Source: Solirubrobacterales bacterium
GTDB taxonomy: Bacteria; Actinomycetota; Thermoleophilia; Solirubrobacterales; Solirubrobacteraceae
Assembly: GCA_025963935.1 (NCBI GenBank)
Contig: JAOPZV010000299.1
Location: 1-52,487, forward strand
DNA: 52,487 bases
Direction of reading: 5' to 3'
Below, piece by piece: positions 9,865 to 18,264 of this stretch. A program made the position numbers and the translations under genes. Each line of letters begins with the position of its first letter. The stretch's first letter is position 1. The notes under the pieces are model-generated. The model did not search any database. It was not told the DNA's origin and was given only the letters and a program-made list of their open reading frames with translations.

Positions 9865-10742
9865 TCGCTGCCCAGCACGGCTGCCATCTTCTGCGGCACG
9901 ACGCCGAGGCGTTCCGCATCGGCGGCGCCGCGCGCGGACGTCATCGAGACCTCCATCAGCTCGGCCTCGTCCCAGGTGGCCGGCGTGCGCTCTCCCATCG
10001 CCCTCTCGAGCAGGCGCAGGCCGCGCGAGACGACGGGGGTGGGCACGTTCACGAGCGGCCGCCTGCGGCCCGACGAGGCCAGCAGGAGGCGAACGATGTC
10101 GTTGTGGCTGAGCGTCTGCGGACCGGCCAGCTCGTATCGGCTGTGGCGCTCCGCCCCGGGATCGCGGAGCGCTGCGATCACGCAGTCGGCCACGTCCTCT
10201 GCCCAGATCGGCTGATAGAGCGCACGACCGCGGCCGGACACGGGCATGACCGGGAGCAGGGCCAGGCGCTCGAGCAGCGTCAGCCACGCGTCGCCGGGGG
10301 CGTAGACGATCGACGGGGCGAAGACCGTGGTGTGGAGGCTCGCCTCGCGCACCGCCTGCTCGGCCACCGCCTTCGCCCGCAGGCAGCGCGTGCGGTGGTG
10401 CGTGGAGGCGCCGAGCGCGGAGAAGAAGATGAAGCGCTCGACGCCCTGGCGCTCGGCCGCCTCGACCATCCGCCACGTCGCGATGCCGTCGAGCTCCTCG
10501 ATCGAACCGCGCCGCTGGTCGCGGATCGCGGCCGCGAGGTGCACAACTGTCTGGACGCCGCGCATCGCGTTGCGGAACGACGGTGGGTCGGTGAGATCCC
10601 CAAGGGCAATCTGGACCCGAACGCGCTGGGCTCCGAGCCGCCGTGGATCGCGCACCAGGCACCTCACGGCGGTGCCTTCGGCGAGCAGATGGCGAAGCAG
10701 CGTGGAGCCCACCAGGCCGGTCGCACCGGTAAGCAGGAGCAT
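9861..10742 (-). CDS. NAD(P)-binding SDR/epimerase (NDUFA9-like)
   Basis: N-terminal LLTGATGLVG Rossmann motif, VHLAA, and QPIWAEDVA. Confidence 0.85.
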   Translation of the reverse strand: MLLLTGATGLVGSTLLRHLLAEGTAVRCLVRDPRRLGAQRVRVQIALGDLTDPPSFRNAMRGVQTVVHLAAAIRDQRRGSIEELDGIATWRMVEAAERQGVERFIFFSALGASTHHRTRCLRAKAVAEQAVREASLHTTVFAPSIVYAPGDAWLTLLERLALLPVMPVSGRGRALYQPIWAEDVADCVIAALRDPGAERHSRYELAGPQTLSHNDIVRLLLASSGRRRPLVNVPTPVVSRGLRLLERAMGERTPATWDEAELMEVSMTSARGAADAERLGVVPQKMAAVLGSD

Positions 10743-10803
10743 GCTTCGTACAATATGCCTCTCTCCGAGCAAGATCACCGGCAACCGACCCAGAAAGAAG
10801 CGA

Positions 10804-11070
10804 ATGGCCTACGTAATCGCCGAGCCGTGCATCGGCACCAAGGACAACTCCTGTGTCGAGGTATGCCCCGTGGACTGCATCCACCCGACGCCCGACGAGC
10901 CCGGCTACGACGAGGCCGAGATGCTCTACATCGATCCGGAGGAGTGCATCGACTGCGATGCCTGTGTCGAGGCCTGCCCGGTGGATGCGTGCTTCGCGGA
11001 GGACCAGCTCCCTGAGGAGTGGCAGAAGTACTCGCAGATCAACGTCGAGTACTTCGCCAAAAGCCACTAG
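10804..11070 (+). CDS. fdxA: 7Fe ([3Fe-4S][4Fe-4S]) ferredoxin, FdxA type
   Basis: MAYVIAEPCIGTKDNSCVEVCPVDCIH...CIDCDACVEACPVDA. Confidence 0.92.
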   Translation: MAYVIAEPCIGTKDNSCVEVCPVDCIHPTPDEPGYDEAEMLYIDPEECIDCDACVEACPVDACFAEDQLPEEWQKYSQINVEYFAKSH

Positions 11071-12158
11071 GGGGCGGCGGCGCTGAGCATGTCGCGGTAA
11101 TCCGCTGCGAGAACGTCGAACACGGGCACGCCGGCGAGCGCCTCTGCCACGCGATCGCGAAGCTCGGTCGAGTCGAAGCGGTGTGAGCGGGGGGCTACCG
11201 GGTTGACCGTCAGCGCCCTCAGGTCAATCGACTCGACCGTCTGGATGTGAACCCCCTGGCTGGCGTACCATGCCGGGCCGCGGTCGGCGAGGAAGACCCG
11301 GGTGCTGTCGGCGACGACCACGACGACCTCGCGGTCGCGTCGCCGGGCGGCCTGCAGGAGGCCGCGTAGGAAGGAGTCCGGGAGCGCGCCCTCGGCCACG
11401 ACCCAGCCGGCGGCGGGGTTGTCGTCGAGCAGCTGGCCGATCTCCTCGGCGTCTGCTGTGAGCACAAAGCGCGGCGCGAGCTGGACGGGCCGTCCGTGCT
11501 CGTCGAGCAGCGCGCTGACACCGTCCTTGACGATCGCTTCGGCCGCGGCGAGCAGCGGGCCATGCTCGACCGCCGCGAGGCGCACGAGGTCGACGGCGTC
11601 AGCTGTTTGCGCGATCACCTCGCCGATGTCCTCGCTGAGCACCGCGCCGGTCGACATCACCAGACCGTCGGCGACGCTCGGGGACGAGGCGGCGCGCCGG
11701 TCGATCGCTCCATCGATCAGCACCTGCTCGGCGCCGTGCTCCAGCATCGCGTCGCTCACCGCGCGCACATCGGCCGCCGCGCTCGGACCCGCGACCTCGA
11801 TCGCGCCGCCCTGGCGCATCCGCGCGATGACCACCGTGCCGAGTGGTGTGCGGACGCTCGTGCGCTCGAGCACGTCGTGCTGGAGCGCGCTGGCGCGCAG
11901 CAGCTCGCCGGTGGTCGCGACGAGGCTCGCCGCAGGCAGGCGCACGCGCGGCTTCTCGATGCGAACGTCGATCACGTCGCGCTCCTCGCCGTCGCGTCCA
12001 ACCGACGTGACGCCGACCACCCGCCCCGCGGCCTCGAGCTCACGCAGCAGCGCCGCGAGAGCCTCGGTCTTGCCCGTGTTCTTTGCCAGCCCGACGAGCG
12101 CCAGTCTGCTGACCGAGACCGTCAGATCGGACAGCAGCAAGGAATCAGCCGGCCGCAA
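11067..12158 (-). CDS. kamB: KamB-like lysine 5,6-aminomutase reactivase subunit (P-loop protein)
   Basis: GLAKNTGKT P-loop, GVTSVGRDGE, EKPR and LIDGAIDRRA resemble KamB; overlaps the kamE stop. Confidence 0.75.
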   Translation of the reverse strand: MRPADSLLLSDLTVSVSRLALVGLAKNTGKTEALAALLRELEAAGRVVGVTSVGRDGEERDVIDVRIEKPRVRLPAASLVATTGELLRASALQHDVLERTSVRTPLGTVVIARMRQGGAIEVAGPSAAADVRAVSDAMLEHGAEQVLIDGAIDRRAASSPSVADGLVMSTGAVLSEDIGEVIAQTADAVDLVRLAAVEHGPLLAAAEAIVKDGVSALLDEHGRPVQLAPRFVLTADAEEIGQLLDDNPAAGWVVAEGALPDSFLRGLLQAARRRDREVVVVVADSTRVFLADRGPAWYASQGVHIQTVESIDLRALTVNPVAPRSHRFDSTELRDRVAEALAGVPVFDVLAADYRDMLSAAAP

Positions 12159-12900
12159 CGCGCGAGGCGAGCTCGCGCACGATGAACGTGGCCAGGTGAT
12201 GGGGGTAGGTGCCCTTCGAGAAGCCCGCGTCGTAGCCGAGCTCCTTCGCCAGCTCGTTTGACACCCGGGGGCCGCCGCACGCGAGGATCATCTCGCCGCG
12301 CCTGCCCTCCGCCTCGACCATCTCCACCAGCTCGGTCAGGTTGTGGACGTGCAGGTTCTGCTGTGTGACCGTCTGGGAGACGAGGATCGCGTCCGCGCCG
12401 ACCTCGATGGCCTTGGCTACAAGGACGCTGTTGGGAACCTGGCTGCCGAGGTTGTAGGTGCGGAAGGACCGGTAGCCCTCCAGGCCGTGATGGCCGTGAT
12501 AGCCCTTGAGGTTGAGCATCGCGTCGATTCCCACGCTGTGGGTGTCGGAGCCCGTGCTCGCTCCCACGACCACGATCGCCCGGCCGACCTGCTCCTCTGC
12601 GAAGCGCTCGATCTCCTCCTCGCTCATGTACTCGATGTCGAACCCGTCGCCCTGCAGCTCTGTGAAGTCGATGCTCTGCACGCAGCGCCCGTACATCACG
12701 AAATACGTGTAGCCGTCGGTCAGCTGCTGGTAGTGAACGACCTCCGGGTCCTCGAAACCCATCTTGCCGGCCAGCTCAAGCGCGGCCTTGCGCGCCGCAA
12801 GCGAATAGGGGACGGGCAGCGTGAAGCTGAGCTGCACCAGGCCGTCGTCGAGGTGGTCGGCATAGGGAACCACGGCCGTCAGATCGACGGACCTAGGCAT
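12145..12900 (-). CDS. kamE: lysine 5,6-aminomutase beta subunit (B12-binding, carries the PLP lysine)
   Basis: PYAD..DDG.VQLSFTLPVP dimerisation domain, DxHxxG (DTHSVG), NLKGYHGHHGLE with the PLP Lys, SQTVTQ. Confidence 0.93.
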   Translation of the reverse strand: MPRSVDLTAVVPYADHLDDGLVQLSFTLPVPYSLAARKAALELAGKMGFEDPEVVHYQQLTDGYTYFVMYGRCVQSIDFTELQGDGFDIEYMSEEEIERFAEEQVGRAIVVVGASTGSDTHSVGIDAMLNLKGYHGHHGLEGYRSFRTYNLGSQVPNSVLVAKAIEVGADAILVSQTVTQQNLHVHNLTELVEMVEAEGRRGEMILACGGPRVSNELAKELGYDAGFSKGTYPHHLATFIVRELASRVAAG

Positions 12901-14455
12901 AGCTGACCTCGCGCATCAGCTCGACCACAGGGTTGAAGTAGCCCTCCTCCACGGTCACGATCCCCTCGATGCCGCGCCCGGCGTCGACGCTCCGGCTGAC
13001 ATCGCCGAACGTCGCCTGCTCGATCGCCCTGAACAGCCCGGTCTGCGCGATTCGCTCAAGCAGCACGTGCGCGCTTGCGAGAACCTCCTGAGCGCGCGTC
13101 TGGATGACCCCGCCTTGCTTGAACTCGATCTCCTCGCCGAGGTCGTGGGCGGCGTTGAAGACGTAGTCGACGTTCTGCAGGCCGAGCACGCGGTCGTGGA
13201 TGTGGGGCGTGAAGATGCCCTCCGTCGGCACGCCGATCGTCTGCAGACCCTGCCCGGTGGCGATCGTGACCAGGTTGAAGAGCGTGTCGCTCGCGTGCGT
13301 GCGGAACAGGTTCCCGTCCATGTGCCTCGTGGGCGGCATGTACTTGACCGGGCAGTCGGGGAACAGCTCCCGCGTGAGCTGGGCCTGGGCCCACTGGTAG
13401 AGCAGGCTGTTGCGGACCGGCACGTCGATCTCGAAAGCGTCGCCCAGTGCGATCTGGGAGTCCGGCACGCCAGACTCGTGCGCGAGTTGGTGGTTGATGA
13501 ACTGAGAGGCCGTGACCGACGGCGCCGCCTCGATCGCGTCGGCGGTGCGCAGGTAGTTGTCCTCGCCGGTGTTGATCACCACGCCGAAGTAGCCGTTGAT
13601 CATGCGCGAGACCCGCTGGTCGATCAGGCCGCGCACGATGTTGATGTCGCGATAGAGGATGCCGTAGAGCGCGTCGTTGACCATGTTGTCGAATCCCTCC
13701 CATGCGCCCATCGAGGCGATCTCCGACATACACAGACCCGAGCAGAAGCTCGACAGCCGCACGTATCTCCCGTGCTGCTCGGACCACTCGTCCATCGCCT
13801 CGCGCATGATCCGGAAGTTCGCCTGCGTTGCGAACGTCCCGCCGTAGCCCTCGGTGGTCGGGCCATATGGCACGTAGTCGAGCAGGCTCTGGGCGGTCGA
13901 GCGGATCACGGCCACGATGTCTCCGCCCGCCTCCGCGACCGCCTTGGCGTGGACCACATCCTCATACACATCGCCGGTCGCCGTCAGGACGTAGCGCAGC
14001 GGAGCCGGGCTGTCTCCCAGCCGCTCGCGCATCGCGCGGCGCTCCTCGAAACGACCAGAGATGTCCTTCAACCGCGCCGCACACTCCTCCATGACACGTG
14101 TGTGGATGGCACGTTCCTCGGCGAGATCCAGCTCGGTCAACACGAGCTCGCCCGCGCTCACCGACTCGGCGATCTGCTGCGGTGTGCGGCCCGTCTGAAG
14201 CATCGCGTTGCCAATCCAGTAGGCGACGCCGCGGCCGAGGCCGCCGCGGTCGTGGACGTGGTCGACGAGCACGTTCGGCAAGGGAACGTCAAGACTGTCC
14301 GCGCCGTCCACCCCGAGCAGCCTCGTCACGCTGCGCTCGACGGACACCGTCGTGCGGCCGGCGACCTGCTCGCTGACCTGCTCGGCGATCTGTCGGGCTG
14401 CCTGGCGACAGGCGCTCACCACGCCGGGATCGAGGCCCAGCTTCGAGTTGCTCAT
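12893..14455 (-). CDS. kamD: lysine 5,6-aminomutase alpha subunit (PLP TIM barrel)
   Basis: TTVSVERSVTRLLGVDG, VIRSTAQSLLDYVPYG, CSGLCM, NDALYGIL, INTGEDNYL and KYMPPT motifs. Confidence 0.95.
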   Translation of the reverse strand: MSNSKLGLDPGVVSACRQAARQIAEQVSEQVAGRTTVSVERSVTRLLGVDGADSLDVPLPNVLVDHVHDRGGLGRGVAYWIGNAMLQTGRTPQQIAESVSAGELVLTELDLAEERAIHTRVMEECAARLKDISGRFEERRAMRERLGDSPAPLRYVLTATGDVYEDVVHAKAVAEAGGDIVAVIRSTAQSLLDYVPYGPTTEGYGGTFATQANFRIMREAMDEWSEQHGRYVRLSSFCSGLCMSEIASMGAWEGFDNMVNDALYGILYRDINIVRGLIDQRVSRMINGYFGVVINTGEDNYLRTADAIEAAPSVTASQFINHQLAHESGVPDSQIALGDAFEIDVPVRNSLLYQWAQAQLTRELFPDCPVKYMPPTRHMDGNLFRTHASDTLFNLVTIATGQGLQTIGVPTEGIFTPHIHDRVLGLQNVDYVFNAAHDLGEEIEFKQGGVIQTRAQEVLASAHVLLERIAQTGLFRAIEQATFGDVSRSVDAGRGIEGIVTVEEGYFNPVVELMREVSYA

Positions 14456-15990
14456 CGCAGCTCTCTGACAATCGGGAACGGGATCACCTCGCGCAGGGTG
14501 TCGCGTTCGGTGAGGATCATGACCAGGCGGTCGACGCCCATCCCCCCGCCGGCGGTCGGCGAGTAGCCGTACTCCAGAGCCCGCGCGTACTCCTCGTCAT
14601 TGGGATGCGGCACGTCGCCGTCGTCCACCGCCCGGCGCTTGCGCTGCTCGACGAACCGCTGCCACTCGTCGACCGGGTCGTTCAGCTCGGTGTCGCCGCT
14701 GACCAGCTCGATGCCGCCGATCACGGCATCGAAGTGCTCGGCCAGCTCGGGATGCTTGGAGTGGCGCTTGGTGATCGGGAAGGGCTCGAGCGGGAAGTCG
14801 AACACGTGGGTGGGCTGGTTGATCGTGCTCTCGATTTTCTCGGAGTAGATGTCGGCGACGACCTCAGCCCAGGTGGCGGCCGGATCCATCGGCCCATCGA
14901 GCAGCTCCGCGAGCTGCTCGCGTGTGGACTCCATGAAGTCGACACCGAACCGCTCCAGGATCAGCTCGCGCATCGTCACCCGCCGCCACGGCTTCGCGAG
15001 GTCGATCTCCTCGCCGCCCCGCATGATGACCGTGCGCCCCAGCGCCTTCTGGGCCACGTCGCGGAACATTTCTTCGGTCACCGTCGCGACGTCGTTGTAG
15101 TCCGAGTAGGCGCACATGAACTCGATGATCGTGAACTCGGGTGAGTGCTTTGGGGAGATCCCCTCGTTGCGGAACACCTTGCCCATGTCGTAGACGTTCT
15201 CCATGCCGCCCACGATGCAGCGGTTGAGGAACAGCTCGACGGAGATGCGCAGATACAGATCGCGGTCCAGGGCGTTGTGGTGCGTGGTGAAGGGCCTGGA
15301 CCCGGCGCCGCCCGCCAGCGACTGCAGGGCGGGGGTTTCGATCTCCACGAAGTTCCGCTCGGCCAGCCATTCGCGGATCGCGAGGACGATCTTGTTCCGC
15401 GTGATGAACAGCTCGCGCGTCTCCTCGTTGGCGAGCAGGTCGAGCTCGCGGTAGCGATAGCGCGTACCCGTGTCGCCCAGGCCGTGGTGCTTGTCCGGGG
15501 GCGGGCGGAGCGTCTTGGTGAGCAGCGTGCACTCGACCACCGCGAGCGCGAGCTGGCCCCGCTGGGTGACGTACACGCTGCCGAGGACCCCCACTATGTC
15601 GCCGATATCGAGGTTGAGGATGCGGTTGAAGGCCTCTTCGCCGAGGGAATCGAACCGCACCACGACCTGGATCTGGCCGGACAGGTCTCGCACGTCGAGG
15701 AAGGCGGTCTTGCCGTGGACGCGTCGTGAGATCAGCCGGCCGGCGATCTGGTGGCGCAGATCCGGGTGCTCGCCCTGCTCGAGCTTCGTCGGGTCGTGGG
15801 CCGCGACCAGGTCAGCGATCCGCGTGCGGGTGTTCCACAGGCTGACCGGTGGGTAGGGGTCTATCCCTTCTGCCCGCAGCCTCTCCATCTTCGCGCGCCG
15901 TTCATCGAATTCGACGACGCCGTCGCCGCCGGCATGACCGGTGTCGGACCGGTCGTCCTGCTCCTCCTCCTGCTGGTTCTTTACTGGCAT
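14452..15990 (-). CDS. lysS: class II lysyl-tRNA synthetase-like protein (full length, divergent amino-acid pocket)
   Basis: OB-fold anticodon domain (GRLISRRVHGKTAFLDVRDLSGQIQV), motif 1 (FVEIETP), motif 2 (FRNEGISPKHSPEF), motif 3 (GMGVDRLVMIL). 4-nt ATGA overlap with kamD. Confidence 0.9.
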   Translation of the reverse strand: MPVKNQQEEEQDDRSDTGHAGGDGVVEFDERRAKMERLRAEGIDPYPPVSLWNTRTRIADLVAAHDPTKLEQGEHPDLRHQIAGRLISRRVHGKTAFLDVRDLSGQIQVVVRFDSLGEEAFNRILNLDIGDIVGVLGSVYVTQRGQLALAVVECTLLTKTLRPPPDKHHGLGDTGTRYRYRELDLLANEETRELFITRNKIVLAIREWLAERNFVEIETPALQSLAGGAGSRPFTTHHNALDRDLYLRISVELFLNRCIVGGMENVYDMGKVFRNEGISPKHSPEFTIIEFMCAYSDYNDVATVTEEMFRDVAQKALGRTVIMRGGEEIDLAKPWRRVTMRELILERFGVDFMESTREQLAELLDGPMDPAATWAEVVADIYSEKIESTINQPTHVFDFPLEPFPITKRHSKHPELAEHFDAVIGGIELVSGDTELNDPVDEWQRFVEQRKRRAVDDGDVPHPNDEEYARALEYGYSPTAGGGMGVDRLVMILTERDTLREVIPFPIVRELR

Positions 15991-15999
15991 ATCGAGACG

Positions 16000-16030
16000 A
16001 TCCTCTCAGGTGGTACACGCTTGTCAAGCG
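16000..16030 (-). promoter_or_regulatory. putative promoter of the lysS-kam operon
   Basis: Minus-strand TTGACA (16027-16022), 16-nt spacer, GAGGAT, then 9 nt to the ATG. The -35 lies inside the palindrome CGCTTG-T-CAAGCG. Confidence 0.5.
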
Positions 16031-16155
16031 GCCGCAGTGGCGGCGGAACGGGCCGAGCCCGTCGGCCGAGGGTGCGAATGGGCGAGGCGATCCTGGGCCG
16101 CGGGGCCCCCGGCGCAACAACCCTCAGGGCATGTCGACTGGGCGCGACGGCCCGG

Positions 16156-17316
16156 TCAGGCCATCGGCAGCGACATGCCCACGGGTTTCGGGCTGCCCTG
16201 CGGCTCGGCGGCTGCAGTTCCCGCCACCTCGACCAGCGGGAGGACCGGTAGCGCGACCGGTGACATCGCTATCAGCCCGCGCGCGATCTGATGGATCGCC
16301 TGGGCGGCTGGATCGTCCGGATCCTCGATCACCAGGGGGACGCCGTCGTCGGACTGGGCACGCAGCGGCATCGTCAACGGAACCCGCCCGAGCAGCGGAA
16401 CGTCGAGCTCCTCGGCGAGCTCGTTACCGCCACCCTCGCCAAAGATCGCGAAGCGCTCGCCCGACGGCGTCGTGAAGCTCGACATGTTCTCGATCACGCC
16501 GCTGATCTCCAGCGACACCTTGTGGGCCATGTGGGCCGCTCGTCGCGCCACTTTCTGGGCGGCCTGCTGTGGCGTGGTGACGATCAGGAACTGCGCCTGC
16601 GGCAGCAGCTGCGCGAGCGTCATCGAGACGTCGCCCGTCCCCGGTGGGAGGTCGACGAGCAGGTAGTCCAGCGCTCCCCATTCCACGTCCTGCAGGAACT
16701 GGGTGAGCGCCTTGTGCAGCATCGGTCCGCGCCACACGACGGCCGCGTCCTCCTCGACGAAGAAGCCGATCGACATCACCTTCACGCCGTGCGCCTCGAG
16801 CGGGATGATCTTTCGCTGCGGCGAGACCGGCGGACGCGTCGAGCCCAGCCCGTACATACGCGGGATCGAGTAGCCCCACACGTCCGCGTCGAGCACTCCC
16901 ACCCGCTTGCCCTCACCCATCAGCGCCGCAGCCAGGTTCGCCGTCAACGTCGACTTGCCGACGCCGCCCTTGCCCGAGCCGATGCACAGCACGTTGGAGA
17001 CCTGCGCGAGGGCGCCGGCCGGCAGGCTCGCGCGACCGAGCTTCTGTTGCAGTGCCGCCTTCTGGCCGTCGTCGAGCACGTCGAAGTAGACGTTCACGTG
17101 CGTCACGCCCTCGAGCGCCGAGACCGCCCCCGCGACGGCGCTCTGGAAGTGCCCCTTGATCGGGCACCCGGGCGTTGTGAGCGACACGGTGATGTCCACG
17201 ACGCCATTCGCACCGGCCTCGATCGAGCGCACCATGTCGAGCTCGACGATCGAGCGATGGAGCTCGGGGTCGATGACCACCTCGAGCGCTCTGCGGATCT
17301 CGTTGTTGTCGATCAC
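16156..17316 (-). CDS. mrp: Mrp/ApbC (NBP35) Fe-S cluster carrier ATPase
   Basis: N-terminal DUF59 (VIDPELHRSIVELDMV...TTPGCP), GSGKGGVGKST, VVWRGPM, DLPPGTGD and ENMS. GTG start 17316. Confidence 0.95.
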   Translation of the reverse strand: MIDNNEIRRALEVVIDPELHRSIVELDMVRSIEAGANGVVDITVSLTTPGCPIKGHFQSAVAGAVSALEGVTHVNVYFDVLDDGQKAALQQKLGRASLPAGALAQVSNVLCIGSGKGGVGKSTLTANLAAALMGEGKRVGVLDADVWGYSIPRMYGLGSTRPPVSPQRKIIPLEAHGVKVMSIGFFVEEDAAVVWRGPMLHKALTQFLQDVEWGALDYLLVDLPPGTGDVSMTLAQLLPQAQFLIVTTPQQAAQKVARRAAHMAHKVSLEISGVIENMSSFTTPSGERFAIFGEGGGNELAEELDVPLLGRVPLTMPLRAQSDDGVPLVIEDPDDPAAQAIHQIARGLIAMSPVALPVLPLVEVAGTAAAEPQGSPKPVGMSLPMA

Positions 17317-17524
17317 CGGCCCATTGTGGCAAAAGGACGCGAAGCGCCCGGACCTTCTTCGCGGCAGCAGTGGCGCCGCGGCCGTTAAAGAGACCCGCGG
17401 GCGGTGGGAGCCGCCCGCGGGTCGAGGGGAGGAGAGGGTGCTACTACTGCCGGCGGGATATGAGGCCGGCAGACTTTCCCGTGCCCCGGCCCTCTCCGAG
17501 CCGGACGGGGGAAGGCGGTGGGCC

Positions 17525-18085
17525 TCAGACGAGGCTGAGGACGCGCTCCTGAACGCGGTTGGCGAGCTCAGAGCCGTTCTTGGCAACCACGTCGCGACGC
17601 GACTCGACTGTCTTCTCGAGCTCGCGACGGCGCTGGCGCAGTTCGCGCTCGACCCGAACACGGGCTTTGCGAACCTCGCGCTCGAGCCTGTTGCGGGCTG
17701 TGATGCCACGGCGCTCGAAGCGGCGCAGCTGAGCCTGCGCTTTGGCGGCGGAGGAATAGCTCGAGATCGTGTCGCTGACCGTCGAGACGACGCGGTCGCG
17801 GGCGATCAGGGCCGCACCGACGGGGATGAGGACGGCGCGCTCGGCGTAGTCACCGACGACCTCCGCCGTGTCACGGGTCGCGGTCTGCGTCTGGCGCAGG
17901 GCGGCCTCCGTCTGGTGGGTTGCGCGGGTGCGAGCGGCCTTCGCCCGGGTCGCTTTCGACTGCGTGGTGCCGCGCGTCGTCGAGCGGCTGCGGCGCGCGC
18001 TGGATGCTTTGCTCGACGCCGGTTTGCGTGCAGCTTTTGCGCGCGCTTTGGGTCGGCTTGCTGGGGTGGTGGGGGAAGTTGGCAT
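17525..18085 (-). CDS. basic coiled-coil protein, phasin/HBHA-like
   Basis: Ala/Arg/Lys/Ser-rich N-terminus, a short hydrophobic AVLIPVGAALIA segment, then a charged helix. RBS GGAG. Confidence 0.7.
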   Translation of the reverse strand: MPTSPTTPASRPKARAKAARKPASSKASSARRSRSTTRGTTQSKATRAKAARTRATHQTEAALRQTQTATRDTAEVVGDYAERAVLIPVGAALIARDRVVSTVSDTISSYSSAAKAQAQLRRFERRGITARNRLEREVRKARVRVERELRQRRRELEKTVESRRDVVAKNGSELANRVQERVLSLV

Positions 18086-18172
18086 GTGGAGCGGGTCTCC
18101 TGTTCTTCCTCCCCGCTGCTAGGAGCGGGTGCGGGATTGCTTGCTTGTGAGCTTCTCGCTGATGTTTCCCAG

Positions 18173-18186
18173 CGAACACATGTTTG
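18173..18186. promoter_or_regulatory. LexA (SOS) box
   Basis: CGAAC-ACAT-GTTTG compared with the Gram-positive/actinobacterial consensus CGAAC-N4-GTTCG. Confidence 0.7.
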
Positions 18187-18264
18187 TAACCCGCGTTAGA
18201 AAGATCGTTACACCTCGATCCTAGCAGGGCGTGAAATCCCTGTAATCAGGGGGCGCAGTGAATC

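Noticed and set aside
8875-11067. 730-aa minus-strand ORF, and similar long ORFs at 30281-32131, 39659-41446, 13067-14566 and 45578-47062
   Set aside because: Shadow frames of well-supported genes. High GC depletes stop codons, and the translations are Arg/Ala/Pro-rich with no motifs.
9861-11070. Convergent gene pairs sharing a CTAG stop overlap (9861-9864, 11067-11070)
   Set aside because: A common compact arrangement; no evidence of function.
14452-15990. EpmA (PoxA/GenX) or LysX-MprF assignment
   Set aside because: The protein has a full anticodon-binding domain and no MprF membrane domain, and no efp or kamA/epmB is nearby.
15991-16155. Lysine or cobalamin riboswitch, or T-box, upstream of the lysS-kam operon
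   Set aside because: No conserved riboswitch or T-box motifs recognised, and the apparent promoter abuts the start codon.
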